From Amoebophrya sp. A120 (Eukaryota > Protista > Dinoflagellata): a stretch of 64,000 nucleotides of DNA. Positions 48,185-61,500 of this stretch are shown here, piece by piece (the stretch's first letter is position 1; each line of letters begins with the position of its first letter). The notes below the pieces were generated by a model that did no database searches, was not told the DNA's origin, and worked only from the letters and a program-made list of their open reading frames with translations. The DNA lies in NCBI GenBank assembly GCA_905178155.1, contig CAJINV010000006.1, forward strand, positions 4,470,339 through 4,534,338, written 5' to 3'. Made by a program: the position numbers and the translations under genes.

Positions 48185-49054
48185 GGGGAGAAAAGTTTTG
48201 CCATCTCTACAAAAAGTTGACCCCCCCAGAACACGCGAAAAGAAGAAGTCGCGTCTTTGGGGCTTTGAGCTTTTTCTTTTTGTTTTTTCAGGCAGTCGGC
48301 GGCGTCGCGCAGCCACCCCCAATCGCCTGGGTCCGCCTGGGCCGCCGTGGTTTGCGGCTGCTTCGGTTGTCGGGGCTTCTTGGAGTCTTGCTTCACATGT
48401 GCCGGCCGTGCAAGGCGAGGGGGCCCCCGCTGTGAGCGCGCAGCCCTTAGCAAGGCTTTAGAATTTCTGCTAATCGCCGCTGTCGGTGGCGCTTGCGGGT
48501 TCCCGCGGCGAGAGTGTTCGAAACAATAAGAAAGCGCCCGCAGATTTCGCCCTGCCCGACCCCCGAAGGGGGTGGGCTAGGGCGGTCGGTTTTGGGGGTG
48601 CTTCAAATCGCCGGATCCTATAGGGGAGAAGGGGGTCGCTTTTGGGGCTCGTTTTTGGGGGTGGCTTCTGGGGCTCTCGTTGTTGGCAAGTGCGGCCTCC
48701 TAGGTCTGACGCTTCCCGCCAGACCGATCGGGCCACAACGTGACTGGACTAACTTGATGCGCCCGCCGCGCTGCGTCGGTCCTGGGATCATTGGGCCGAT
48801 TGCCTGACCGCCTTCGGCACCTGGGGAACACGGGGGGGCGAGCACCCGGCGGCGCCGCTCGCTCCTGCCCAATGGCTTCCGGCGGAAGTTCCTATTGATG
48901 TGAAACGCAACAGCCGCAAGCCAAATTTGCAGGAGCTGCGGAGCCCGCAAGCGGTCTGTCAAATAGGGCGAGACCCCCAAAAACAACTTTTTTTTTTCGC
49001 GGGCGTGTTCTGGGGGGGTCAACTTTTTGTAGAGATGGCAAAATTTTTCTGCCC
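48185..49054. mobile_element. 870-bp GC-rich MITE / non-autonomous TIR transposon with TA target duplication
   Basis: 52-bp TIR (GGGSAGAAAARTTTTGCCATCTCTACAAAAAGTTGACCCCCCCAGAACACGC, 2 mismatches), TA both sides; removal rejoins LRREL-KETNICD. Confidence 0.9.
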
Positions 49055-49203
49055 TAAAAGAAACCAACATATGTGATTCCAAACTGCAACCACATTCTGA
49101 CCGATCCTTCCTGGAATCCTCAATCCACTGTGACTTGAACTCGCTGGAAGACCGCCTTGGTGAAGCCTTCGTAGCTCTCGGGGATTCGTACCATCCTTTT
49201 CAA

Positions 49204-49535
49204 TATCCAGTGCAGCAAAAGCAAATGTGTTTGGGTCTGGAAAGTGAGTTGTGATGCATGTCAGTGAATAAGAATAGCCACACTTCTGAAAAATGTAGCG
49301 CCAACCATCACTTTTAGTTTCTTTTCGTGGCTCCTTTGTCGTGGAGTTGTGTATTTCGTATGAAAATATATAAACTGCGTTGTTGCATGACAGACTAGAG
49401 GAGCTTGTTTTCGTGCTGGCCACGCGAAAATACAGAGCACCTCCGTGCAGGCAACATGCGTCGAGACTAGCATGAAAAATTTCGCAACTACCTGCTTTCA
49501 GTCCCAGAGTAGATAAGTGATATTTGCAATGCATA
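49204..49535. mobile_element. Introner family A
   Basis: DR TTCAA/TTCAA. Confidence 0.9.
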
Positions 49536-49849
49536 TTCAACTTCCAGCGTTTGATGACAATTACGATCCGTCCGCTCCCGCACGACCCGTTTCGGGTACT
49601 AGTGCTTTTGCGGACGATCGTGGAGCTGCAAAAACCGCATCGGGGGAAGCAGGTGCAGCAGCAGCAAGTCCTCTTCCTCTGAGTGCGACTGCGACACTAC
49701 TGCCAGCAGCGGCCAGCACCGCAGGAGCTGGAGCTCTTGCCGCTGCACCACCGGCAGGGCGTCCAGGTCGTGCTGTTCCGGAAACGAAAGCAGCTGGTGA
49801 CACGCAAGCCATGGGGGATGACGCGAAGAAACCAACAGCTGCCCCTTTT

Positions 49850-50131
49850 TATCCAGCAGTGCAAATTTGTTGATGTCTGTACCTGTTGCAAGGAGATGGA
49901 GCGTGCGCTTGCTTGTTTTAGTTTTACTCGTTGTAGCTTTGGATCATGATCTTCACACGATCGACCCATGTTGAGTCCACCCCGGAAGGCACATCACAAA
50001 AGTAATCTGATATAGCATCTTTACAGGAGGTCTGGTTTGTTGATGTTGTGTGACCCAAAGAAGTTACTGGCCGTGCCGGTGGAACTAATAATTGCACCAG
50101 AACCGCAGATCATTGATGTTTGCAATGCATA
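49850..50131. mobile_element. Degenerate family-A-like introner
   Basis: TATCCAGCAGTGCAAA...TTTGCAATGCATA; CCCCT flanks (offset). Confidence 0.7.
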
Positions 50132-50184
50132 CCCCTGCAGCTGCATCTCCCGGGGCCCCTGCAGCAGGTCCACTCACGACCGGG

Positions 50185-50462
50185 GGCGACCGTCGACCGC
50201 CGGGCGGGGCTCACGTCGCCCCACCACGAGCTTCCCCAGGAGAAGCTGCTTCAGCAGGAAGTCGAAGTTCTACACCAGCCACGGTCGCAGCAGGCACGTC
50301 CGCAATGTCCGCGGCACCACAAGGCGACCGTCGACCGCCGGGCGGGGCTCACGTCGCCCCACCACGAGCTTCCCCAGGAGAAGCTGCTTCAGCAGGAAGT
50401 CGAAGTTCTACACCAGCCACGGTCGCAGCAGGCACGTCCGCAATGTCCGCGGCACCACAAGG
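50185..50462 (+). repeat. Perfect 138-bp in-frame tandem duplication
   Basis: GDRRPPGGAHVAPPRASPGEAASAGSRSSTPATVAAGTSAMSAAPQ twice. Confidence 0.95.
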
Positions 50463-50785
50463 TCGTGGACTTCTTGTACCACCCGCACCATCTACAACTG
50501 CAGCGCCATCTAGTACTCCAACTACACCAGCCACGCCAGCGCCTGCCGTCGGGCGGGCTGCAGCCGCGCCAGGACAACTTCGAGGTGCTGGTGCACCAGC
50601 AACAACGGCAGTCGCGATGATGTTGACCCCAGCAGCCGCGGCTCCCGGGGCGAAGTTCCAGATGTCGCCGGCGGCTTCCAGCCCTTCCACCGTAGTTCCT
50701 GGTGCCGCGACCACAGGAGCTGCTTCCACGACGACCAAACAAGCCCCCGCACCAGGACAACATCAAGTTGTTTCCACACCAGAAC

Positions 50786-50927
50786 TATGAACTGCAAGAG
50801 TATCGTACTATGTATAAATGCAAGTCTTGCACTTTTACAAATATTTTTCTTAATGTAAAATTTCTCATGCTGAGAATGAAAATTTGTAATGCATTTATAC
50901 GATAATGCGATACTTTTGCAGTTCATA
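50786..50927. mobile_element. Introner family B
   Basis: DR AGAAC/AGAAC. Confidence 0.92.
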
Positions 50928-52888
50928 AGAACAAGGACCTCCTGCGGCTGCGCCTGCTGGTGCAGCTGCAGGAGTATCTTCGACAATGCCTCCAGCAGCT
51001 GGCGCTCCTGGAGGCGGTGGCGCCGGTGCAGCACAACAACCGCAGCAAGCAGCTGACGTGCGGGTTCTCCACCAGATGACGTGCCCCCGCCTGAAAAAGC
51101 TGCTTCCGGCGGCGACGGGTCATGCGCGGACTGCCTGATGGAAGATGCATAAAATCGTGTTTGGTCGTGCTGCCCGTCAAGAAGTATTAAACTGGTGTTC
51201 ACGGGGCGGGGGTGGGCTCCTTTTCAGCGTTAATGCTTCGACCACAATCAGACTTCCACACTTTCAACGAAGAAAATGCACTTCACATTGTTCCCTGACG
51301 TTTACATATTTGTCGCAGATAATGAAAATAAAGATTTGCTTCGAGTTTTTTTTTGTTTAAGAATCCCGCGCGGAGCCCGCGCGTGCAAACACGCACTATA
51401 GATAGATAGATAGAATCAGTATAGCTGAAGCTGATTCCAAATATTCCTGTTTCTCATGCAAAAAAGCAATTTGCATGCTTTCCAATTATTCCAAAATTGA
51501 AGTTTAAGTAGAGTCAATCAGTATGTTGTAAACGTTCTGGCCAACAGCAACATGAACATGATGAATTAGAATTACTATGCTTGTATAATTAAATAAAGAC
51601 TGCTGACAAGCACTTACAAGTTTCCAATCTGATATTATAATAAACTCCGATGCTGTATTGAGTTTTCTCGTAGAAGATACATTTCATCCGTTGCCACGGG
51701 ATGAACACGAAGGGATTGAAGGTTGGACGCGACTAGCACGGCGACATCAATGGAATTCGTTTCTTTCATGAGGAGGATACCTATGGAAAACAAAGACGGA
51801 ATGAAATTGAAAATGAAAAAAAACTACAATCGTGCTCTCGCTCTGTTGTCCGAACTACTACAATTATAACATAATTTCAATTTGAGCAGCCTAATGCAAC
51901 TGACTGGTTTGTTGCACCCCAAGTATATCAATCGTGATGTTATTGTAGGCCTACTAGTACTCGCGATCAGCTCGATCGAATTCTCTTGGTTGATATTCTC
52001 GAATTATTTCGCGGTATCCTACTGGTCGCCGATGATGAAGATTTGTCTTACATGCCGCGTGCGCTCGGTTTATTGTCGTCAACGAGGTACTAGAAGAACG
52101 TCAGTCGGTTCTCGGAAACGACCAAAAAATGCCTGCACTCTGTCGGTCTTCGTCGTCAGCTTTCTTCGGACCACACCCTTTGAGGTGCGACGACGTAAGA
52201 CTACTTGGCGCGGAAGAAAACCGTAAGTAATTTACAATTTGTTTTTGTTACATCTCTTTTATTTTAATTTTGCACGACGTCTCAGTGTCAGTACTCTAAG
52301 TCTAATCAGTATGTAGAAGCTTGGGCTTCTCTATCTTCGGTTGACGACTGCACGCGCACCTTCCGTCTCGCGAGCGTCTGGCGACTGCGATTGTTTCAAG
52401 GGCCACTTTTAATGGTGAACCATACAACTCGTTCGGTATAGTTGCATAGCTACTTCTTTTTACCACGTTGTAGATTCAAGTACGTAGTGAAACTCTGGCT
52501 ACATCGCTCTGTTCAAATCGTCGGTGTTTTAGTTGTTTTCCCCTTTTCATCTCGATCGGTGCACGAACTCGTCCTCTTAACACGAAGGAAAGCTTCATGA
52601 TTGATGTGTTGATGTTGCCATTTTCTCGGTGTGGTACTTTTTCTGGTCGTCAAGATTTTTTCCTCGGTTCATATTATATTTCAACGACTGTGTCGTGTCG
52701 CTGGTGTTACCGCGAGAGGATTTGTTCTTCGGTAGTAGCAACAGACGGAGACAGCGCCCACGTCCTGGATCTGCGCCTGAGCAGTTGGCGTCGTGGTAAG
52801 AAAATGAAAAACATAAAAGAACTCGTCAAACACCCGCGGTGATTCAAACCTGCGCGCCGTCGCAACTATACCTCTTCCAACGTTCTGC

Positions 52889-53911
52889 TTTTGTACTTCC
52901 ATGAACTGACAGCAACGCCTGCGATTGATCTTTATTTATGGTCAAAACGGTGGTAGCAATAATACATTTGCAGGACTTGCTGGGGACTTGCAAAAAACTT
53001 GCGCAAGTCTAGCAATTTGCCCCATCCCGAAACGGCGAAAACACTTGCGCAGCGCCCCCTTCTCCGCCAATTGCAATGTCCTGGAAAAACTTGCGCGAAC
53101 GACAGCGCGCGCGCAGCAAATTTCTGTGGAAAACGCTTGCGGCGACGGAGGACTGTGGCAATTTGAGAACTCCAAAAAAACTTGTGACTGCGCGCATTTT
53201 CGTGCGGTTCTTTCTTTTCGAAAACGCTTGCTGGGCTGCGTCGTTCACTGCGACTCAGCCCTCCGGAAAACACTGCCGGCCCTACCGCAGTCGGCGCTTT
53301 TTTGGCGCCTCGCTGACACGGTTTCTTGGCTTTGGCAGGGCCGTCAGTTCTCCGTTGTTTCGCCCATTTCGGAACCGCCTCCGTTTGCAAGGGCGCGCGT
53401 AGGCGTGGATGTGTCCCGATTCCTCGCGCGCTGGTATGGTCGCCACAGGCTCTCCTCTCTGGCCCTTGCTTATTCTTCTTTCGACAGACCGACGAAGCTT
53501 TTGGCTTCAGCTACCACATGTCTCTTCGCAAATGCCCCGCCATCTGATAGGGAGAGCCCTTTGCCTGTGCCTGGGTTTGACTTCGGGGTCAGCTGTGCAA
53601 TGGGAAAGCCCTCCGAGGGACAGGCGGCGAGCATGTGTCCCGAAGCTGCGCAGGATGTTGTCGCGGAGGCCTCTTCGCCCTGTATGAGTCATAGCGTGTT
53701 GCCTAATCAATATCATTCCATCCCGACGGCAGAGTGCGAGCCGCACCGGCCAAGTTGGCCCGCCAACGCTTGCCGCGCGAGATGAAGAATTTCGGTGGCG
53801 CCGGGGCTTCCGGCAGGCGAGAGCCCGCCGACCTCGCAGCCACTGCGCCGTCCTGTTTATGTTTTTGCACTTCCATGAACCGACAGCAACGCCCATGATT
53901 GATCTTTATTT
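52889..53911. mobile_element. 925-bp GC-rich insertion flanked by 49-bp imperfect direct repeats
   Basis: TTTTGYACTTCCATGAACYGACAGCAACGCCYRYGATTGATCTTTATTT at 52889-52937 and 53863-53911. Confidence 0.75.
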
Positions 53912-54430
53912 CTCTCCCCCACCGGTGTTGTCTTGGTTAATTATTTGCTTCTCTTTCCCCCTTCAAGTTCAACTTTCATTCCTATTTTCAACGACCGTTG
54001 TAGAAGCCCTATCATTTCTATTCAAAATACGAGTATACTGAAACTATTAAAAAGAAAAACGACTCATAAAAATCTGGACGAAGAACACACTGAAACTTTG
54101 TCAACTACAGTCCCATCGCATTGAATAAATTTTGTTTCCGAAGAAGTACTTCTACACCCTTGCTTTGTCATCAAATTGAAGAAGGAGCGCGACCGCGTTG
54201 CTCTTTACTTGCACAACTAAGTCATTGAAGTTTTCCGTCAAAAAAACTTGGTGGAAGCGCAACTACGTGGTCTCTGCTCTCCCTGAAAGGCGAAGAACGT
54301 GATCTGCTGCCTCCTGCTGGAGAATTATTGCATCTGCTGCACTGTGTCACGTCGCGGAGCCGAGTCAATACCTATCTGTACGCAGAAGTACCAGCAGACG
54401 GCATTTTTGTGACTGCAGTTGTCAGGAACA

Positions 54431-54682
54431 TATGCATTGCAAAAATGTCTGGGTCTGGAAGAGTGCATGTTTGTCATGCTTGTCTGGCATGACTCTTAAA
54501 TCTGTCTTGCACGTTACCCAAGACCTCGACTTTTCTGTGATGCAGAAACGCGGTTTGTCATGCAGAATAGGCAACACCTATAAGCTCAGAAACTTGTCAT
54601 GCTGAGGCAGCACTTGTGGCCTCATCATGAGACGCCACCCAGCATCACAAGTTTCCAGACCCAGACATTTTTACATTTGATA
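54431..54682. mobile_element. Introner family A
   Basis: DR GAACA/GAACA. Confidence 0.93.
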
Positions 54683-54722
54683 GAACAGGAGCAGGAACGA
54701 ATCAAATCTTCGCGCTCGTGCG

Positions 54723-54960
54723 TATGGCGTTCTCAAATGTTACATTCTCAACTGTTACATGATTTGTCATGCAAAATGAGCATCAACGTCCACACAGTGA
54801 AGCTACCTCGCGTGACAAATTCTGGAAGGGCTAAACAGCATGGGAATCTGTGCCGGATTTGTAATGCAAGAGTTGCAAGATCCGGCCTTTCCCTGTTGCC
54901 AACATTCTTGCATCACAAATTCATGTAACAGTTGAGAATGTAACAGTTGAGAGCGCCATA
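54723..54960. mobile_element. Introner family F
   Basis: DR GTGCG/GTGCG. Confidence 0.93.
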
Positions 54961-55519
54961 GTGCGTCGTAAAGTTGAACCGCAACCGACGCGGAAGGCCA
55001 CTGGCGCGGCTGCTGCGAGGTAAGGGTATTTTTCTGTGGATGTAGTAGTAACTAGACTGGGATTTCGGTTTTTTTTGCTTTGGGCTACAACAGTGCCCAC
55101 GGGGGCACGAGCACGTTCTAGATACTTACCTTTACAACCAAGCCCTTTAGTTACCGGAGCCGCTTGTCAAGAACAAGTGGCATACGGACGACAAGTTCGT
55201 CGTGCGCAGCTGTGGCCCTGCATGATTCTTGACACAGAAACTCTACGAGCGCCTGGATTACTAGTGGGTCGTGACGAGAGAAACGCTCACTTAAATAAAG
55301 CACGACGTTGACGAAGAAAGAAAACTTCATGAAAATACATGGTAAAAAAGCCTGCTTGCAAATAGAACGAAACTATTACTATCCTAGTGTGCATTCTGTC
55401 TCTACTTGCGCATTTGCGCTTGCAAATGAGCGTAATAATCACCAGGGAGGATGTCCTCCTAATAAATTTTGTTTCACTTCGAATTTGTTATTTTAACTCA
55501 CGACAGGACAAGCCACAAC

Positions 55520-58500
55520 ATGGCTACGTCGTGTGCAGCCGCCACCGCCATCATGAAAAAAACTGGCGCGAAACTCCTCTACTTATGGGCGGCCTTGGGA
55601 GGTGGACCAGGTCGGCTGTACTTGTCGGGAATGGATGGAAACTTCTGCACGGGGAGTGCGCAACAAGCGGGGGGTGTTGGTGACAAGAACATCCAGTACG
55701 ATCCGCTGCTCAACAGCCTGATCTTCTTGACGGGCACAGGAACAAACTATATGCCGCTTTTTGTGGAAGCGGTCAGCAAGAAAAAGGACATTGATGTTGA
55801 TGTGGATGACCTCCGGATGCAAAGTTTTGTCTCCGAAGACGAAGAAGAGGGCGATCCCGGTTCTTCGCCAGTGTCGATGACCTCGCAGTCGATGGAGACT
55901 TCTCGAGTTCTTGCACCAGCCTCCTCGTCGGACGACATGCTGTCGGGACATGATGAAGAGGTTGCGGAAGATGTACTTGCCGTTCTCGTATCAAACGCAA
56001 AAATGTCTGGGTCTGGGAGCTTCTGAGACTTGTCATGCACGTTTTGCATGAGCCATGATGTCTATGATGCATGCCGTAGCATGACAGATTTTTCGAGGGG
56101 TTCTCTATGCCTATTTCGCATGACAAATAACCTATCCGCGTAGCAAAAATTACACTCCCTTTGCTACTCATGCAATAAAAACGTTTTTGGAATCCAAATG
56201 CAGCATCACAAGTTGCATTCTTCCAGACCCAGACACTTTTACATTTCATATCTCGAGGGAACTGCCACTGAGCAGACGCAGACCAAGGTGGATCATGACG
56301 ATCTTGGTGCCGGCGTTGTACGTCGTCCATTGTCGGCAGCAGCGTCTCGCTCTCGCAACAACAACAAAAACTCGTCCCCGCCTACTACAACTTCATCCTC
56401 GCCCGATGAAACAACGACCGAAACGACCCGGCGTCGCCCTGCCGGCTTTCTGGAGCGCCAGGCTGGGGGCGAGCCCTCGGCGCTGTTCGCCGCTACGCTG
56501 TATTAAATGCAAAAATGTCTGGGTCGGGAAGGTTGGAACTTGTGATGCTAACTTAGGACTGTAAAAAAATCTGTATTGCATGACCAGCAAGAGGTGGAGT
56601 CTAGTTAGTGCTACGCGGGAAGGGCGTTTGTCATGCGGAGTAGGCACCAGGAAGCCTTCTGAAAATCTGTGATGCTAGGGCGTGCGTTACAGGCGTCCTG
56701 GGTCATGCAAAACATGCATGACAAGGAAGTCTCAGAATCTTCCAGACCCAGACACTTTTGCATTTGATACGCTGTCCGCGTGGGAGGCCGGGGCCGAGGT
56801 GGTGCGCCGCGCCTCCGCCGGCTGGACGACGGGTCGTGGTGGCGGCCACTTTGGCATTTCCGCCAAAGGGGATGGGGAAGAAGAGCATGTCCCCGCTAGT
56901 ACAACTCCTGCTGTATCAACAGCGGCGGAGATCATGAAAGGAGCCGCGGGAGAGGACGAAAACGAAGCGGGGCACCGCCGTCCTGAAGACGACCAATTGC
57001 TGCCAGGAGCGCCGTTGTTCTTGGAGGGCCCTGCGGAGGACGAGGCTTCCCTCGCGGAGGAAGGGTCTGCAGCGGCGATGGCGCTGTCGTTTGTGGAGCA
57101 GGAGGCTGCGAAAGAGGTGGACGTGGAACAGCAGCGAGGGGAGGTTTCGACGATTCTCTACCACATGACCTTCGTTGCTGAGGCGACGTTGCGCGAGGTG
57201 AAGCTCGAACACACGTTCCCGCCCGCTACAGAAGTGGTTGATTTTTTGCAATCGCGGGCGAGACGGCTGAAAGAGTTTTTCAATTGGGGTATCCTGAGTA
57301 AAAACATCCCCAAGAACTCAGAGTTGCCATGTAAATCTGCAAGTCTAATGCTAATTTTCATGCGTAGCCCTATGAGGGCCGTTAAACGGCCCTCATAGTG
57401 CTCCGTTTACATTTTCTATACAGCCATATAGAAAATGTAAACGGCCGCCGTTTACATTTTCTATAATATAGAAAATGTAAACGGCGTGATTAAGAAATAT
57501 GCCTTAAGACGGCTATATGCTGTCTGACAGTTTGTGATGCTGAGATCAGGATAAGATGATCGATTTGTGATGCGATGTCAGTGTCACAGACTAAACAGGA
57601 TCACACTACGAGCCAAGAACCTTGTCATGTGCAGCAACACACAAAGGTTGTGCGTTTGTGTAGCAAAGTGCCGACTTTGACTCTAGGGCGGGGAGGTTTT
57701 TCCTCTTGATATGGGACTTCTGTTTGGTTCGTCAATCAGCCTGTCCGGCAGCGGCGTTTGGAGAAACCGCCCGCGGAATCGGGCACCAGATCATTGTGAA
57801 GAACAGTGAAATGCTAAGTACCGCCCTCGTGGTTCTGTGGGAGGCGCTTGGGCTGGATAAGATGATGTTTCGTATGTCGAAAATCGTAGACGCAAAAACG
57901 GTGAAGGAGTTGTGGAAAGATGATGTCCGTCGGTTAGAATCCGACCTTGAGTATCCATTGCAATAGTGTCTGGGTCTGGAAATGAAGTGGAACTTGTGTT
58001 GCATGTCTTGCATTCCTGAAAAATCTGTGTTGCACATCAGCCAGCAGAAAACAAGTGGCCACCTTTTCTTCACGCAAAAACGAGGAAGTTTGTCATGCGT
58101 GCTCCACACGACCATTTCCATTAGAAGGCGTAAAGTAAACTTGTCATGCTTGGCTGTACTTGACGAGGGCCGCGCCACACTCATCCATAGTACGTTAGCA
58201 TCTTCACAGGTTTATTCCAGACGTAGAAATATTTGAATGTGATAATGAGAACGTTGTGGCGATTTTGAAAAATTTTCCGGAGGTTCTGCGGATGGACGAC
58301 TCGGACGAGGTGGATCGAAAGCGCGAGTTTAAGTCGCTTGAAAACCTGGTTCGACTGGCTACTCACGATCTCAAGCATATGGAAGTATCAGGACCGAAAT
58401 CGACAAAGTCGAAAAATTTGCAAAATGCATAAAATGTAGGGCATGTGAGTGTGGCCTGTGCTGGGGAGCAGACAAATGAGACCGACTGCAAGCCTGTCTA

Positions 58501-61500
58501 AGGGGGACGATGCGCTGCCAGAGTTGCAAGACAGGAGCAGTCTTCTTTGCCTCAACAGCTTGACAGACTGGATTTGATTCGTGTTCTCGAAATTCGTCAT
58601 GCGCCACTCAGAAACTGAGGCTCTAAGCGGTATCGATTTGATGCATCACTACAAAGTATTTCGGTTTTGTTGATTTCGATCCTGACGCTTCCATAGGGCA
58701 GGTCCTGACGTTGGAGCAAGAAACGCTCATCGGACGACCTGCTGAAGAAACGAAGGAGCACGGCCAGCGACTTGAAAGGGCGCGAAGGGACGCCAAGTCG
58801 AGGTGGCAGATACTCGTGCCGCGACTGAAACACGAACAGGGCGCACTCAGGGCTGAAACTGCACGAGGGGGCGCCTCCGTGACTGTGCGACTGGCTTTTG
58901 CAATGGAAAAAGTGGTGGAGAGTTGTAAAGGCGCAGGGAGGCTCGAGCAAAAGGAAACAAAGGAGAAGCTTCTGTCGGCCGCGGAGGCTCTCCTGCGGGA
59001 GTTCCAGTTGGCCTTTCACCAAGAAGCACTTGGGGAAGATATCCGCCTCAGCGCGGGCGAAACTAGCATTCTGCAAGTGGCTATCGAACGCGCGATGACG
59101 GACCTGGAGGAAGAGGTGACCCATGTCGACGGCTTGTTTGGGAAAGCAGTGTCACCGGGAGTACCACAGCCGACAGCGGCAGAGGTGAAGCTCAACGGCG
59201 TGCAAGTCTTGATGCGGCTGAGGGAAGCCTTGGAAGGCTTTGCGCAGATGGACGCGCGGTTGTGGGGGAACGTGTCTGAGGTCAAAGGAAAGTTAGCTGT
59301 GGTGGCAGAAATGACCAGCGTTGTCAGTGCGTGTGCTAGCCAACTGGACGCGTTTCGCGGAGGCAGCGCGGAGTCGAAAAAACAACTGGAGCAGGCGCTA
59401 CGAACATGCGGCAGAAATGCGGGGGACCAGTTTCACAATGCCAGCATCCACACGGTCTTGGAAGCGGGCCTTCGCAGTGCAATCTACGACATCAAACAGT
59501 CGTACCGTCAGCTCCCGCTTCCACGTTTCGGTGAGGCTGCATACGATCCGTCAGCACCCGCGCATGATGAAGTTGCCTATGATCTGCAAAAGTATCGTAC
59601 TAGTAGTACTCCTCGCATTTTTACATATTTGCGCAGCATGACGAATGGAATTGGTCATGCTCATTGATGACCTTGAGAAAGAGATTGGTCATGCATCATT
59701 GCAGCGATGATTTTACATTAGGATTACTACGAGTGCGATACAACTTTTTCACAGGATAATCATATTGCCCCAGGTGTAGCACTTTCTTCTGGCGGGGCAG
59801 GAGGTGCACGACCTCCACCAGCAGGTTCTTCCGCAGTACGACCTGCAGCTCCTGCTACGGTAGTTGTACCGACAGGCAGCGCGACTCCTCCACCGGGAAG
59901 TGCGGTCTCCAGTGCTCCGAGCGTTCCACCCGCTCCCGCCGCCTCCGGTTTCAGCGCTCCAGACGGTCCGACTCCCCCCGTCGCGTCCAGCGTTCCAAGC
60001 GCTCCCATCGCTTCGATCGCCCCCGCCGACGGTGCAGCAGCCGCAGCTGCTGCTGGAGGACTACTTCCTGCGGTTGGAGATGAGCCCACTACCGAGCAGT
60101 GGGTACTCCAGGAGCTTATTCCCCTTATGTTCAAGCTATCAAATCCGAACCACAAACAGCATGTCTATTCTTACTTACATTTGAGTCAGGGCCAGGGAGG
60201 TCAACATCAACATTGTAGCAAGGTTTCATTTCGCGGAGCTCAGCGAAAGTTTTGGGGAATAAAGACGCTGGGTCATGATCCAAATCAAGCACTCGCGATC
60301 ATAGTGTGTGTGCGAGTTTCTTCTCCCAACTGCACTGTTAAAAAAAAATTCGGCCCACGAAGAAGTACAAAATGCAATGGTTAGTAGATTTTTTGTATAT
60401 GTTGACCCACACATAAATCACGAGAAGAACAGGCATCTGAGCGAATGATTTCATATCCTGTGCAAAAGTATCGTACTCGTCTAAATGCAAGCCTTGCATT
60501 ACAGATCTTGTTCCCAAGACAAATCTGCATCACAAATTTTATCTCATGCTGAAAAAATTTGTAATGCATTTATACGAGTACGATACTTTTGCAGTTCATA
60601 TTTCAAACGCATACCCAATGAACGACGACATCCTGGATTTGTTTTCGCGTCGGCAGCACGGCGAGACCGTGACCGATATCCATCGCAAAGGTGTTGCGTG
60701 GCGCGTGTGAAGAAAATATAAGACTTGCGTCGCGCATATTCTTCTGATTTTCGTCCGACAGGTTGGAAAGCATGCGACAAGACTTGCATGTAGCATTGCG
60801 TAGTACAGCGACGGGTACAGGTAATAGAGAAGATGTATAGCAATTAAAATTATGTCGGCCCGTGACCCCTGCGCGGAATCCGATTCCGAAATCTTGTGGT
60901 CCTTCGTACGACCACTGCGCCACTTTTGCACAGGACACTCTCTGAACAAGTCACGAATGCGCTGAACGTATCCTGAGTAAAAACGTACCCACACCAGAGT
61001 CAGGATGGGGATTTTGCAACACAAGCCTAGGAGTTTTGTGAGTCACGCATGACAAGTTTCAGTCCGTAAGGTAGTGCACGTTAGCAAGGAAAGCCGCATC
61101 GCAAATCGATCTGCTGATCCTGTTTACAGCATTACAAGTTCCCAAACACGATTCAAAATGCCTGTCATGGGGTTGCGCATCACAAATGTTCCTGTCATGG
61201 CAAAGTCGCGTGACAACTCTGGTGTGGGTACGTTTTTACTCAGGATAGAACGAGCTGGACCGCCTTTGCAACGAAGTCCGGACTACTCTTGGTGAAGCAA
61301 CTGACCTCGTTATCCTGAGTAAAAACGTACCCACACCATAGTCAAGATGGGGAATCGGCTAGACAAATCCACAAGTTTTGACTGTTTTGCATGACAAATT
61401 TGGACTCGTAGTGTAGTGCTGTTTGAGCTAGCTCAGCAGCATCACAGATCTAGCCTACCATGCTGATTGGAGCATGATAAATTGCAAAACACGACTAGAA

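Larger units (their letters stand above)
43400..51150 (+). pseudogene. Decaying paralogue(s) of the gene starting at 55520
   Basis: Shared motifs MPLLFVEAVRKK, QAKKVADFFDW, HQALVKNAELL..IL*EGLGL, LESDLRDVIAILKHFPGVLR, LP.F...YDPSAPA; several in-frame stops and a MITE in an exon; boundaries approximate. Confidence 0.65.

Noticed and set aside
51397-51414. (GATA)n microsatellite
   Set aside because: About four units; unremarkable.
52925-53785. 286-aa ORF as a transposase or gene
   Set aside because: No recognisable motif, non-ATG start, and GC-rich sequence gives long ORFs on both strands by chance; the same applies to ORFs in 36267-37660.
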